Source: Nemertoderma westbladi (lineage: Eukaryota > Animalia > Xenacoelomorpha). From it: DNA of 64,000 bases. This document shows, one piece after another, positions 11,419 through 23,000 of this stretch. The translations under genes and the position numbers were made by a program. The stretch's first letter is position 1. Each line of letters opens with the position of its first letter. The DNA is taken from NCBI GenBank assembly GCA_032718475.1, contig JAUCBJ010009100.1:97724-161723 (forward strand), written 5' to 3'. Below the pieces are notes generated by a model. It was not told the origin of the DNA, searched no databases, and saw only the letters and a program-made list of their open reading frames with translations.

Positions 11419-13980
11419 CTATTTCTTTCTCTGATACGCCTTTCGTCTCTTCGCCCGTCGACTCTCATCGATCGCTATGGCTGGTAGAGGAGCGTCAACA
11501 TCCATCGTGAGTAACGCTTCGGCTTGTCTCCTGGCGGCTCTTCCTTTCGAAGGCATAGGGATCATGTCGGTTCGTCTTTCCAACTCAGATTTGCGTGCCT
11601 CTAGGAACCACTCTCCGTCACAGAACTCCTCTTTATACGAGTATAATCGTCTAATGACTTCAAATGGACCGAATAATCCGGCGCTCAGTAGCAGATCCAC
11701 GTAATGGAAAGGTAGCGTGGCCGACGTGTGGAGGCGTTCCGGGAAGGAGAAATACCCGCACGCCATCTCCTGCGCGATATTCCGAGCGTTTCTCCGAACC
11801 TTGGTCTTTAAGTGGCTGTTTGCGTATGTTTCAAACATGACCATATTTCCCATAGCGGTAACGTCTTTGGTTGGACATTTGATATAGCAGCGGGGGCTAG
11901 AGGAATGTCCACGGAAACCGCACGTGGTGCAGAGGTTATATAGGATCGGACAGACGGAAACGTTGTGGCCCGAAGTCGCGCAGTATGGGCAATAGAGTAT
12001 CCCGAGGAGCTGGAGGCATGAATCGGTAACCCGATTCCTTCTGCCGCGTGGGCACTGCTCCGAGCCGCAGTTGCCGCAATCTTCCAATTGCATCTCTCGA
12101 CCGGGGAATATCGGAATCGGGCAGCCGACGTAGTATTCGAGTCGTCGGTCGCTCTTCGGAATATTCTCGGTGGTCGGTAGCCCGCGGAATGCTAGGCTTT
12201 TGCGTAGTAGGTTCTCGCTCCGATAACCTTCTTTGTGTCCCGCTGGTCTCAACTCGGATGACCGTTTCTGGCGGTGGATCCATTCAGTTTGCTCGGCGTA
12301 CCAACGGGTTAGTCGCATAGGGTCCTGAGGAACGGCGGGTGTAGTAGCCACCGCTGGTCGGCGAAGAGGTGCCGGGGTTTTAGACGGAGGGATACCGAGG
12401 AGATCGTCGGGGGTCGGCGCATCGCTGGGGCCCTCCTCGACCAGTATCGCTGAGCGGGTCCGTTGGTGGCTGGTACTCGGAATCTCCGACGACCAATCTT
12501 CGCCACCCGGGAAAGGATACGGGGATAACCGTTGGCATATGTTGCCGAAGTCGCTCAATGCAGCTGTAGTGGCTACCTCCCTCGCGGGGCTACCGGAGCC
12601 GCGTGGGGTGTAAACGCCTGCTCTCTTCATCGGTTCGGCCGAGGCAACCCGTTTGGCGGCCGGTCCATACGCGGCCTCCGGCTCGAGTTGTCGCTTCGGG
12701 GTGGAGAGTAGAACACCCTCGTTTAGCCATATCTCTTCCCCTTCCGAAGAGATCAGAGGCTCCTCCGCACCGAGAAGTTCGGTAATCGTAGGGATGTCAT
12801 AAGGTCCGCTCTCGTCCCAGGAATCGATAACGGCGAGCGTTTTAGTCTCTCCCGGTGCGATGTTCTCGACCGCTTTGAACGCGTGGTGTATGACCTCGTT
12901 CCAGTCGTAGTCGACGAAGGAAAGGGGGACCGCCGTAATAAGGTTATCGAGAGTTCTACAGATAAACTTAGCGACGGTGTAGCATTCCATAACGACGTAA
13001 ACGTAGTTCCGTCGATCGGGATTCTCCCATCTTTGGTGTATCGTCCACTTCCGATCAACGTCCTTCCATCGACCCTCTCGCTCGCTCTTTATTTCTAATC
13101 CCGGGTATCCACCGTATATTTTATTATAGTCCCGGAATTTCTGGGGTTTGAAGTCGATACCGCCGTTTAGCACAGCGAGGTAGCCGATCCCGGATTTCGT
13201 CGGTCTCACCTCTTGGAATCCTCGCATGAACTCGGCGAATCGTAACCAGGCTAGTAGCGTTTGAGTGTCGATGCAATGGCTAAGGGCGTTGAGGTCGTCT
13301 CGTCGGTTTCTTCCTGCAGGGGCGTTCGGGTAGTCGTTCCGGACGTCAGCCTTGATATCCGACCCGATTTTAATGACGTCGAAGTCGAAGAGGATCTTTT
13401 GGATTTCCGGAGGCAGCAACCAGATCGCTCCGGCTGCCTGCACTTCCTGTCTGGGTGTCGGGAATATTCGGCACACCAGTACCAAACCGTCCAGGGTTCC
13501 GAGGACGACGACTAAGGATCGACCGTATTCTTTCGCCCCGTACTTTTCCTGGTAGTCGTCTCGGTTCTGGATAATCGATACGCGTTCCTCTCGAAGCGTC
13601 GCCGTACACTCCGACAGGTTTCCCCAGTGGGCGAGGTACGTACTCTTGTTGTCGACGAAACTTTGACATCTCGCCAACGTAATCGCTTTCGAGGTGGGCG
13701 TCGCGTTTCCCTCGTTGTCGTAGATCAAACATCGGGATCTGTAGACGCTCTGCCAGAACGTTTCCCAAAACGACGAATCGTCCCCTCCGGTTGCCTTTGC
13801 GTTCCGAGTTCTTTTCAGTCTCGTACTAGCATCGGCTAACTGGAGGGCTCGTAGATTCTTAGAATCCGGTCCCTCTCGCCCGGTGAATTTAATGACTCGC
13901 ACGTTCTCATTTAGCAGGGTGCTCCAATTTGTATCAAAGTCAGGGGATCCGGGTTGCGAATATTCCAGTAGATCTATCAT
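11419..13980 (-). CDS. Accessory protein, downstream copy (853 aa; lacks the first 13 aa): 3'-5' exonuclease-like (WRN/EXD/Mut-7 fold) domain, Pro-rich linker, CCHC knuckles, basic C-terminus
   Basis: Long non-repetitive ORF. LVLVCRIF..LPPEIQKILFDFDVIKIGSDIKAD..CIDTQ..SGIGYLA..W..YVVME follows the DEDDy exonuclease pattern. Knuckles CPYCATSGHNVSVC and CTTCGFRGHSSSPRC. Ends RRAKRRKAYQRKK. Confidence 0.8.
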   Translation of the reverse strand: MIDLLEYSQPGSPDFDTNWSTLLNENVRVIKFTGREGPDSKNLRALQLADASTRLKRTRNAKATGGDDSSFWETFWQSVYRSRCLIYDNEGNATPTSKAITLARCQSFVDNKSTYLAHWGNLSECTATLREERVSIIQNRDDYQEKYGAKEYGRSLVVVLGTLDGLVLVCRIFPTPRQEVQAAGAIWLLPPEIQKILFDFDVIKIGSDIKADVRNDYPNAPAGRNRRDDLNALSHCIDTQTLLAWLRFAEFMRGFQEVRPTKSGIGYLAVLNGGIDFKPQKFRDYNKIYGGYPGLEIKSEREGRWKDVDRKWTIHQRWENPDRRNYVYVVMECYTVAKFICRTLDNLITAVPLSFVDYDWNEVIHHAFKAVENIAPGETKTLAVIDSWDESGPYDIPTITELLGAEEPLISSEGEEIWLNEGVLLSTPKRQLEPEAAYGPAAKRVASAEPMKRAGVYTPRGSGSPAREVATTAALSDFGNICQRLSPYPFPGGEDWSSEIPSTSHQRTRSAILVEEGPSDAPTPDDLLGIPPSKTPAPLRRPAVATTPAVPQDPMRLTRWYAEQTEWIHRQKRSSELRPAGHKEGYRSENLLRKSLAFRGLPTTENIPKSDRRLEYYVGCPIPIFPGREMQLEDCGNCGSEQCPRGRRNRVTDSCLQLLGILYCPYCATSGHNVSVCPILYNLCTTCGFRGHSSSPRCYIKCPTKDVTAMGNMVMFETYANSHLKTKVRRNARNIAQEMACGYFSFPERLHTSATLPFHYVDLLLSAGLFGPFEVIRRLYSYKEEFCDGEWFLEARKSELERRTDMIPMPSKGRAARRQAEALLTMDVDAPLPAIAIDESRRAKRRKAYQRKK

Positions 13981-16397
13981 GTTACGTAATTCGCCGTGCC
14001 TCTAGGAACCACTCTCCATCACAGAACTCCTCTTTATACGAGTATAATCGTCTAATGACTTCAAATGGACCGAATAATCCGGCGCTCAGTAGCAGATCCA
14101 CGTAATGGAAAGGTAGCGTGGCCGACGTGTGGAGGCGTTCCGGGAAGGAGAAATACCCGCACGCCATCTCCTGCGCGATATTCCGAGCGTTTCTCCGAAC
14201 CTTGGTCTTTAAGTGGCTGTTTGCGTATGTTTCAAACATGACCATATTTCCCATAGCGGTAACGTCTTTGGTTGGACATTTGATATAGCAGCGGGGGCTA
14301 GAGGAATGTCCACGGAAACCGCACGTGGTGCAGAGGTTATATAGGATCGGACAGACGGAAACGTTGTGGCCCGAAGTCGCGCAGTATGGGCAATAGAGTA
14401 TCCCGAGGAGCTGGAGGCATGAATCGGTAACCCGATTCCTTCTGCCGCGTGGGCACTGCTCCGAGCCGCAGTTGCCGCAATCTTCCAATTGCATCTCTCG
14501 ACCGGGGAATATCGGAATCGGGCAGCCGACGTAGTATTCGAGTCGTCGGTCGCTCTTCGGAATATTCTCGGTGGTCGGTAGCCCGCGGAATGCTAGGCTT
14601 TTGCGTAGTAGGTTCTCGCTCCGATAACCTTCTTTGTGTCCCGCTGGTCTCAACTCGGATGACCGTTTCTGGCGGTGGATCCATTCAGTTTGCTCGGCGT
14701 ACCAACGGGTTAGTCGCATAGGGTCCTGAGGAACGGCGGGTGTAGTAGCCACCGCTGGTCGGCGAAGAGGTGCCGGGGTTTTAGACGGAGGGATACCGAG
14801 GAGATCGTCGGGGGTCAGCGCATCGCTGGGGCCCTCCTCGACCAGTATCGCTGAGCGGGTCCGTTGGTGGCTGGTACTCGGAATCTCCGACGACCAATCT
14901 TCGCCACCCGGGAAAGGATACGGGGATAACCGTTGGCATATGTTGCCGAAGTCGCTCAATGCAGCTGTAGTGGCTACCTCCCTCGCGGGGCTACCGGAGC
15001 CGCGTGGGGTGTAAACGCCTGCTCTCTTCATCGGTTCGGCCGAGGCAACCCGTTTGGCGGCCGGTCCATACGCGGCCTCCGGCTCGAGTTGTCGCTTCGG
15101 GGTGGAGAGTAGAACACCCTCGTTTAGCCATATCTCTTCCCCTTCCGAAGAGATCAGAGGCTCCTCCGCACCGAGAAGTTCGGTAATCGTAGGGATGTCA
15201 TAAGGTCCGCTCTCGTCCCAGGAATCGATAACGGCGAGCGTTTTAGTCTCTCCCGGTGCGATGTTCTCGACCGCTTTGAACGCGTGGTGTATGACCTCGT
15301 TCCAGTCGTAGTCGACGAAGGAAAGGGGGACCGCCGTAATAAGGTTATCGAGAGTTCTACAGATAAACTTAGCGACGGTGTAGCATTCCATAACGACGTA
15401 AACGTAGTTCCGTCGATCGGGATTCTCCCATCTTTGGTGTATCGTCCACTTCCGATCAACGTCCTTCCATCGACCCTCTCGCTCGCTCTTTATTTCTAAT
15501 CCCGGGTATCCACCGTATATTTTATTATAGTCCCGGAATTTCTGGGGTTTGAAGTCGATACCGCCGTTTAGCACAGCGAGGTAGCCGATCCCGGATTTCG
15601 TCGGTCTCACCTCTTGGAATCCTCGCATGAACTCGGCGAATCGTAACCAGGCTAGTAGCGTTTGAGTGTCGATGCAATGGCTAAGGGCGTTGAGGTCGTC
15701 TCGTCGGTTTCTTCCTGCAGGGGCGTTCGGGTAGTCGTTCCGGACGTCAGCCTTGATATCCGACCCGATTTTAATGACGTCGAAGTCGAAGAGGATCTTT
15801 TGGATTTCCGGAGGCAGCAACCAGATCGCTCCGGCTGCCTGCACTTCCTGTCTGGGTGTCGGGAATATTCGGCACACCAGTACCAAACCGTCCAGGGTTC
15901 CGAGGACGACGACTAAGGATCGACCGTATTCTTTCGCCCCGTACTTTTCCTGGTAGTCGTCTCGGTTCTGGATAATCGATACGCGTTCCTCTCGAAGCGT
16001 CGCCGTACACTCCGACAGGTTTCCCCAGTGGGCGAGGTACGTACTCTTGTTGTCGACGAAACTTTGACATCTCGCCAACGTAATCGCTTTCGAGGTGGGC
16101 GTCGCGTTTCCCTCGTTGTCGTAGATCAAACATCGGGATCTGTAGACGCTCTGCCAGAACGTTTCCCAAAACGACGAATCGTCCCCTCCGGTTGCCTTTG
16201 CGTTCCGAGTTCTTTTCAGTCTCGTACTAGCATCGGCTAACCGGAGGGCTCGTAGATTCTTAGAATCCGGTCCCTCTCGCCCGGTGAATTTAATGACTCG
16301 CACGTTCTCATTTAGCAGGGTGCTCCAATTTGTATCAAAGTCAGGGGATCCGGGTTGCGAATATTCCAGTAGATCTATCATGTTACGTAATTCGCCG
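11594..16397. repeat. 2401-bp tandem duplication of most of the accessory ORF
   Basis: 11594-13996 matches 13995-16397, with a 2-bp CG microhomology at the junction. Confidence 0.95.
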
Positions 16398-16420
16398 ATA
16401 ATTTGGCGATTTGGGTCCAT
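13982..16420 (-). CDS. Accessory protein, upstream copy (812 aa; native N-terminus, C-terminus truncated by the duplication junction)
   Basis: Near-identical to 11419-13980 at an offset of 2401 bp; ~3 nt differences seen. Confidence 0.78.
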   Translation of the reverse strand: MDPNRQIIGELRNMIDLLEYSQPGSPDFDTNWSTLLNENVRVIKFTGREGPDSKNLRALRLADASTRLKRTRNAKATGGDDSSFWETFWQSVYRSRCLIYDNEGNATPTSKAITLARCQSFVDNKSTYLAHWGNLSECTATLREERVSIIQNRDDYQEKYGAKEYGRSLVVVLGTLDGLVLVCRIFPTPRQEVQAAGAIWLLPPEIQKILFDFDVIKIGSDIKADVRNDYPNAPAGRNRRDDLNALSHCIDTQTLLAWLRFAEFMRGFQEVRPTKSGIGYLAVLNGGIDFKPQKFRDYNKIYGGYPGLEIKSEREGRWKDVDRKWTIHQRWENPDRRNYVYVVMECYTVAKFICRTLDNLITAVPLSFVDYDWNEVIHHAFKAVENIAPGETKTLAVIDSWDESGPYDIPTITELLGAEEPLISSEGEEIWLNEGVLLSTPKRQLEPEAAYGPAAKRVASAEPMKRAGVYTPRGSGSPAREVATTAALSDFGNICQRLSPYPFPGGEDWSSEIPSTSHQRTRSAILVEEGPSDALTPDDLLGIPPSKTPAPLRRPAVATTPAVPQDPMRLTRWYAEQTEWIHRQKRSSELRPAGHKEGYRSENLLRKSLAFRGLPTTENIPKSDRRLEYYVGCPIPIFPGREMQLEDCGNCGSEQCPRGRRNRVTDSCLQLLGILYCPYCATSGHNVSVCPILYNLCTTCGFRGHSSSPRCYIKCPTKDVTAMGNMVMFETYANSHLKTKVRRNARNIAQEMACGYFSFPERLHTSATLPFHYVDLLLSAGLFGPFEVIRRLYSYKEEFCDGEWFLEARRIT

Positions 16421-16974
16421 ATTTACGATTATATCCGTTACAAATTAGATCAGTTAATTATAAGTCCAGAAAGTCTGAAACTATAGCGATAGCAGAATAA
16501 TTCAGTTTTTTATTTAATTCAGTTTATTAATAACATTGCTATATAGGCATCTATCATCTTATTGCTAATACATTCAGCATTTACAGTTACTATAACTATA
16601 TATTAATATCCAACCAGTTTTTTATGTCTTTTTTGTCCTTTCTTTTTTCCAATTCTTTTCTTTAGACCTTTTTTTACCTTTTTTTTTGTCTTTTTTCATT
16701 TCATTATTATTTCATCTCATTTCATTTATTTCCACATATTTCAACATTTAGTTCCACCATTTATTTCACATTTATTTATTTCCACATCATCATTGGGTTT
16801 ATAGCCCCCTGGCTATCATCATTTGTTATAAGCGCAGCACCACGGTGCGCATCATTTCATTTTCATCATCATACGCGTCATCATTCAGGTTTATAGTAGA
16901 GTTGTCTGATCCTTTTCATCGTTTCCAACTATATTCAATCATTTTCTTTGGTTAATCTTTGTCGTGGAAGGGGT

Positions 16975-17385
16975 GTTACGCGGCAATCTGGGATCTACAG
17001 CTGGACTCGTTACACCGCCTACGCCCCAAACTGCGCACGTAACAGACAATGAAGACGCTAGGAGTGAAGTCACGTGGATGCACCAGGGACCCACCAGAAT
17101 AACACTCCAAACAACATAAAGCTCAGTCGACGAAGTCATGTGGGATGGGGTTACGCAACATTCTGGGATCTACAGCTGGACTCGTTACACCGCCTACGCC
17201 CCAAAATCCACGTAACGGTCCCACCAGAATAACGCGACTGAGAAACATAAAACCCTCTATCGTCGAAGTCATGTGGATGCACCATGGACCCATCAGAATA
17301 ACGGGATAGAGGGGGTGTTGCGCGGCAATCCGGGATCTACAGCTGGACTCGTTACACCGCCTACGCCCCGAACTGCGCACGCAAC
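16975..17385 (-). ncRNA. Three copies of a putative ~68-nt structured RNA element between pol and the accessory ORF
   Basis: Copies at 16975-17043, 17150-17216 and 17317-17385. The core is invariant and the closing stems show compensatory changes and G-U pairs on the minus strand. Confidence 0.55.
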
Positions 17386-17665
17386 GGACAACATAACATA
17401 CTGCAATGAATACAATGAATTCCACTTCAAATCTTTTCCATTTCCAATAATCCAATATCGTTGGTCCCAATGACCAAAATCAGGGTAAACAATACATAAA
17501 CGACCCTGCGTCAGTCGAAACATCTGCAGGGTGATGCTGGACTCCACATAACACACGAGGAAACACAAATACCATTGTGTGGTTACAGTTGGTTTAAGGG
17601 GGGTCCATAACTCATTGTCGATAAATCACAGTTTTATAAGAGTTTGTCAACATGATGAGAAGGGT

Positions 17666-20086
17666 TTACACGGATTTGTCATTGTCACCGATGTCCACAG
17701 CAGGATCTTGAGTAGGGATCTTATCACCTCTCGTAGAATCACCGCTATCATTGCCTTCAAGAAGGCACAGCCTCTGGATAGGGCGTTGGTAGTGGCCTGA
17801 ATTCGTTCGTATTGTCACAGTCCTCGCAAGTCCGTCTTTGCTTGGGTGTATGGTCACGACCCGCGCCACAGGCCAGTGAACGCGGTCTTTGAGATCTTCT
17901 TTAACTAGTACCATGTCGCCAACTGCGACGTTCCGGTAGGTGTTGTTCCATTTCCTCCTGGTCCAGAGGGTTATGAGGTACTCCTGGGCCCAAATTCTCC
18001 ACCAATGCGCTGCCAACGCTTGGGCCTTTTTCCAGTTTGTATGTTTCGCGATCTCGTTGGGATCCGGGAACATGGTTTCCGGGAGGACGTGGGTTTTGGG
18101 TCTCCCCAGTAAGTGGTTAGGAGTGAGGGGCTCCAGGTCTGTGGGGTCGTCGCGGATAGGAACAATGGGTCGGTTGTTCAGGGTAGCCGTGATCTCGCAG
18201 AATGTTGTGCGGAGGGTGTCATGGGTTACCCGGGTATCGCCTAGAGCGACGCGCATGGATCGTTTCACTAGGTCGATCAGTTTCTCCCATACCCCGCTCA
18301 TATGGGGTGCTAAGGGGGTCTGGAAGTGCCACTGTATCTGGTGTTCCTTCCAGACTTGGGATGCGGTGTTATCGGTAAACCATCCCTCGATCGCCTCTCT
18401 AAGTTCTCTTTCTCCTCCCACAAAGTTTGTACCATTATCGGAATACATGTGGCAGCATGTCCCGTTGTTCGCCACGAACCGACGCAGAGCGTTGATGAAT
18501 GCGTGTTGTGTCAGATTTACCACAATATCTAGGTAAATTGCCCTAGACCTTAGGCAGGTGAAGATGGCTCCCCAGCATTTGATGTTGGATCGTCGTTCAA
18601 TAACCGTGAACGGTCCGAAACAGTCCACTCCGGTGACGTAGAATGGTGGGGAATCCGCTTGTAGACGGGTGGCTGGTAAGTCGGCCATCTTTTGGGTGAT
18701 TGGTGGCGCTAGGTAACGTCTGCAGGTGAAGCAACGTTTCAACACTTTCCGGATCAGTGGCTGGATGTGGGTGATCCAATATCTTTGTCTTATATTAGCT
18801 ATAATCCAATTCTGTCCTGCGTGGTGGTTGTCCTCGTGACATTGTAGAATTAATAGCTTAGCTAGTGTCGACGTTCCGGGCAGAAGCGCCGGGTATTTAA
18901 CCTCATATTCGACCGGGGCGTTTGCCATCCGGGTATTCAGTCGGATCAGTCCGTCCTCTCCCATCATTGGTCTCAGTTGGTAGACTGGGCTGTCCGGTTT
19001 CAACGTTTTGCCCGCACTAAGTTGTTCCCATTCATCGGGGAAACTTTCTTTCTGGACATATCTAACAATACACTTCTCCGCGATAATGAGTTCTTGTATA
19101 TTCCGTTGAACTATCGGTTTGTTGTTTTTCCACCGTAGGAAGTTGCGAAGGGTTATAACGTGGTGGACGAGCCGTCTCATGGATGAAGTTCGCTCGATCA
19201 ACCGATGTAAAGACGCCGCTAGTTGAGTGATCGTCGCGACGTTATAGTGCCTGCCCGAGTCCTTTGCAGGCTCAGTCAGACAACTATAAATTTCCACCGC
19301 GTTGCTTCGATGGATTTTACGGATCTCTTTATCGTCCTCGGAGTATTTTCCGCTATCGAGCTCGGGGTCGAATCGGGTACTCCATGTTAATTGTAGCTGC
19401 CGTAGGAATTCCGGGCCTGTAAGCCAGAGTTTACTTTTACCGAGTTGTTTTGGGGTGGCGCCTCGGCTTGATAAGTCCGCTGGGTTTTCCTTCCCGTTCA
19501 CGTGATGCCACTGTTCTCGGCCGGTACACTGTTTAATCTCCGTGGCTCGGTTTGCAACAAACGTGGTGTGACGCCGTGATGGAGAGTGGAGATAATAGAG
19601 AACTATACTCGAATCTACCCAGAAGTGTTGAGATTCTATGGGGATCCGTAGATTCCGCATGACCATGCGATTCTGTCTTACTGCCCAAACTGCAGCTTGT
19701 AGCTCGAGTCTCGGAATCGTTGCTACGAATTCCCCGGATACTGTCTTTGCTTTGGAGAATAAGAAGCTTGTATCGCCGTTTCCATCGTTACTTAGTCTCC
19801 GTAAGAAGGTGACTACACCGATTCCGGTATTCGAAGCATCCGAAAAGGTGTGGAGCTGGAAGATATCGGTGGGCAGTTTATCGAGGAAGAACGGTCTAGG
19901 TATCCGCATAAGATGTAGGTGTTCGAGCTGCTCCGTCCATTTTCTCCATTTGACGCTGAGGTATGGGGGGAGCTCTTCGTCCCATCCCAGTCCTTCTATC
20001 CACATTTCCTTAATCAGGTTCATTCCGGCCAAGGTTACTGGAGATATGAAATTTAGTGGGTCGAAGATGGTGCTTTTTATCGACAA
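17666..20086 (-). pseudogene. pol: pol 3' part: RNase H (Pao type), HHCC zinc finger, DDE integrase, C-terminal BEL domain
   Basis: FDPL, HTFSDAS, TIPRLEL, NPAD, HEDNHH..CFTC, DCFGPF, SDNGTNF, WEKLI, LTPNHLL. In frame with 20090-23920 across a single TGA (TKR*CLS). Confidence 0.92.
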
Positions 20087-20089
20087 ACA

Positions 20090-23000
20090 TCACCTTTTTG
20101 TCATAGGCTTGGGTAGGGGTTTATATTTGAAGATGAATTCATCTGATTCTATGTCCCATTCAATCCCGAGTACACGATGTTCCACATCCTCCGAATACAT
20201 CTTGTTATTTTCCAGCCGGATGTCCTCCGGAAACTTTTCCATAAGTGTTTTGTCGTGGGATCTGAACTTCACGAGCGGAAACCCTCCTTTCTTTAGACAT
20301 TCTACCATCCCCATTGCTAGCCGATATGCCTCATCCACATTATCCGCGCCGGCGCATCCGTCGTCCACGTAGAAGCATCGTCGAATGGTTTCTATGACGG
20401 TTGGAGGGAACTCGTTTTCGCACATAGTTGCCATCCTCTTTAGCATGTCACTGCATGCTACCGGCGAGTCCTTAGCGCCGAAGATCCTGACGACCATACG
20501 CATTACGTCTACGTCCTTTATCGTGAGTTGGCTAATCTCCTGTTGAGTAAGCGTTTTATCCGTCCATAGGATACGTAGACAGTCCGAGTCTCTTGGTAAC
20601 GTACGAACTTGATGAAACATGGCCTTGATGTCACAGGTGAATGCTACCCGGTTTTCCCTGAACCTGATCAATATGCCGATGAGTGTACTATATATGTTGG
20701 GTCCCGTGTAAAGCTGACTGTTTAGGGATTCGCCCTGGTACATAGCGGCAGCATCATTTACCACTCGGATTTTCCCACCTTTGCGGGCTTCTACTACATA
20801 GTGGGTTGGGAGATAATATGTTCTTTTACCACCTTGCAGTTCATTCCGTGGTACCATTTCTGCTAATCCGTCATCGAGATATCCTTGGATTACGGTATTA
20901 TATTTCTCCTTTATCTCGGGTTGGTCATTCAGTCGGCGTAGAATCCCTTTAAGTCGCCTAAGTGCCATGCTGGCGTTGTTTGCCATTGGTTTGTTTGGGT
21001 CCTTCCATAACATAGGTGAACACCAGTGTCCGTCTTTAAACGTGGCCTGGTCGAGAACGTCCATACAATATTGGTCCTCTTTGGATGGGTTTTCGTCCTT
21101 TTCCGCGAACTCCTGGGTCTCCAAATTAAAATATTTCGTCATCTCTCGTTGGGTTTTCTCGGTTTCCAGAAACAAATCTTCGTCAAGATCCGAAGCTGAG
21201 CAATAACCCACAGAGGTTACGTTCTCTTTAATCTGACATTTAGGAAGGTAGGTATAGGTGTCCGTAGTTTCCTCCTTAATGCCGCAGAGTGTCCATCCCA
21301 TTATTGTTCGTTCAGCATAAAATCCGTCATCCTGGTTTATAGATCGGGCGATATCTCCAGTGGGGATGTGTAGTTCCGGTGTATCAAGTCCGATCAGTAG
21401 GGTGATACGGTTTACGTCCAACTGCGGACACCTCAGGTCTACATCGTCTCGGTCCAATTGTATGAGGGGGGCGTACTCGGCTGATTGTCGGAACCGCACC
21501 CGGAGGTCTGTGTGTACCAAGGCGTTCTTGATGGTTAACTTAGCCGTTTCGTAGCCCTTCATCACTCCTTCCATCTGGAGTTGAACCTCCCCGGACTCTA
21601 CCTCTCTGTTATCGGTGATGGTTTGTATGGGCCGTTTACAAGGTTCATATTCTAGGCCGAGTTGCTCGAGGAAATCCCGGTCGATGATGGTTCCGTCAGA
21701 CCCGTTATCAAGGAACGCGAGCGTCGTCAGGGATTTGCCGACTCCCTGGATCCTTACCGGGATTACCTTTGCGAAGACCATGTAGCGGCGATTTATAAGA
21801 TTAATTGTGGCTGAAATGTTGGTTACTTGTGGTTTATCGGTGGAGATTTTAAACGGATTGGTTTCTCTCCGTTGGGTAATCCGGGTTCCTTTCGAAACGT
21901 GGTTCGTTTCTCCTCTTCGCTTTGTTTCAATCCGAAAGGGGAGGGTATTGCAGTCAAAGTTCGCGGGGATGTGGAGGAGCGTGTGATGACGTAGGTCGTT
22001 ACAAACCGCACAACACGACCTTTGGTCGCAGTCCCGAACATATTGACCTGTTCCAAGACACCGGAAGCATCCTCGGTGTTTCATAATCGCTTCGAAGCGT
22101 GGGACGAGTTCGGCAAACTGGAACTTCCTGCAGAATTCAACTTTATGTTTCTCTCCACAGTAGAGACAGAGAAGGGAGTTTGTGATGCCTTCCCTCTCGG
22201 GTGCCCAATTCGCGAGATAACATGCCCATTCCTCGGCTAATGTCGGTTCCTTGTGGTCTTCGTCGTCGGAATCCTCTGCCATGGTGATGGCCATCGTACT
22301 CACTGGAGGAGGGCGGAATCTCGGTTTCTGAGTGGGTGTCTTACTCCTGGGGTTGCTCTCTATTCCGTCCAACTTGGCGAGACTCTGTTTCGAGAATATC
22401 GAATCATTCATGGCTTCGGAGATATCGTCCAGGAATGCCGACATTTCAAGGAAGCTGGGATCTCGATCCGGATGTCTGCGCCGGAGATCTACGCATTTAT
22501 AGGCCCACTTACTTTGTAGCCATCCGGGGAACTTCCGGGCGATCTGTCGGAGATTTAGAATGTTGTTCACCTGGTCCTCCTTATTTAAGGGTTTCAGAGT
22601 GTAGTAGGCATCCTTCATAGAGTCGGAGAATTCCTGGATGTTCTGTGGGTCCCCTAGTGATCCTGCGTCCTGTATCAGTCTCTCCAGAGTTTTATTAATT
22701 ATAGTTCCGGTATTTCCGTATCTTTTATCTAGAGTTTTCCATGCGTCGTAGTATGCCTCATGAGAACCTCCCTCAAAACATGCGATGATTCGGCGTGGTT
22801 TGTCGCCCAGGTATTGCGATAAATATACCAGTTTCTGTGCGTCGGCTATGTCCGTTGATCCAATCTGCGCAAAGAACCGTTTCTTGAATCTGAGGTAATC
22901 GACGGGATCTCCTTCGAAGGTGCGGATCTCCATCTTAGGCATGGAGAGGCGGTTTTCCAACGTCCGGATAATGCCGACGTCATCTGAACTGGAATGACTC

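Noticed and set aside
20087-20092. Programmed stop read-through in pol
   Set aside because: The TGA lies inside the conserved TKRxxLS motif of a normally continuous BEL ORF, in a copy with other lesions; a nonsense mutation is the simpler explanation.
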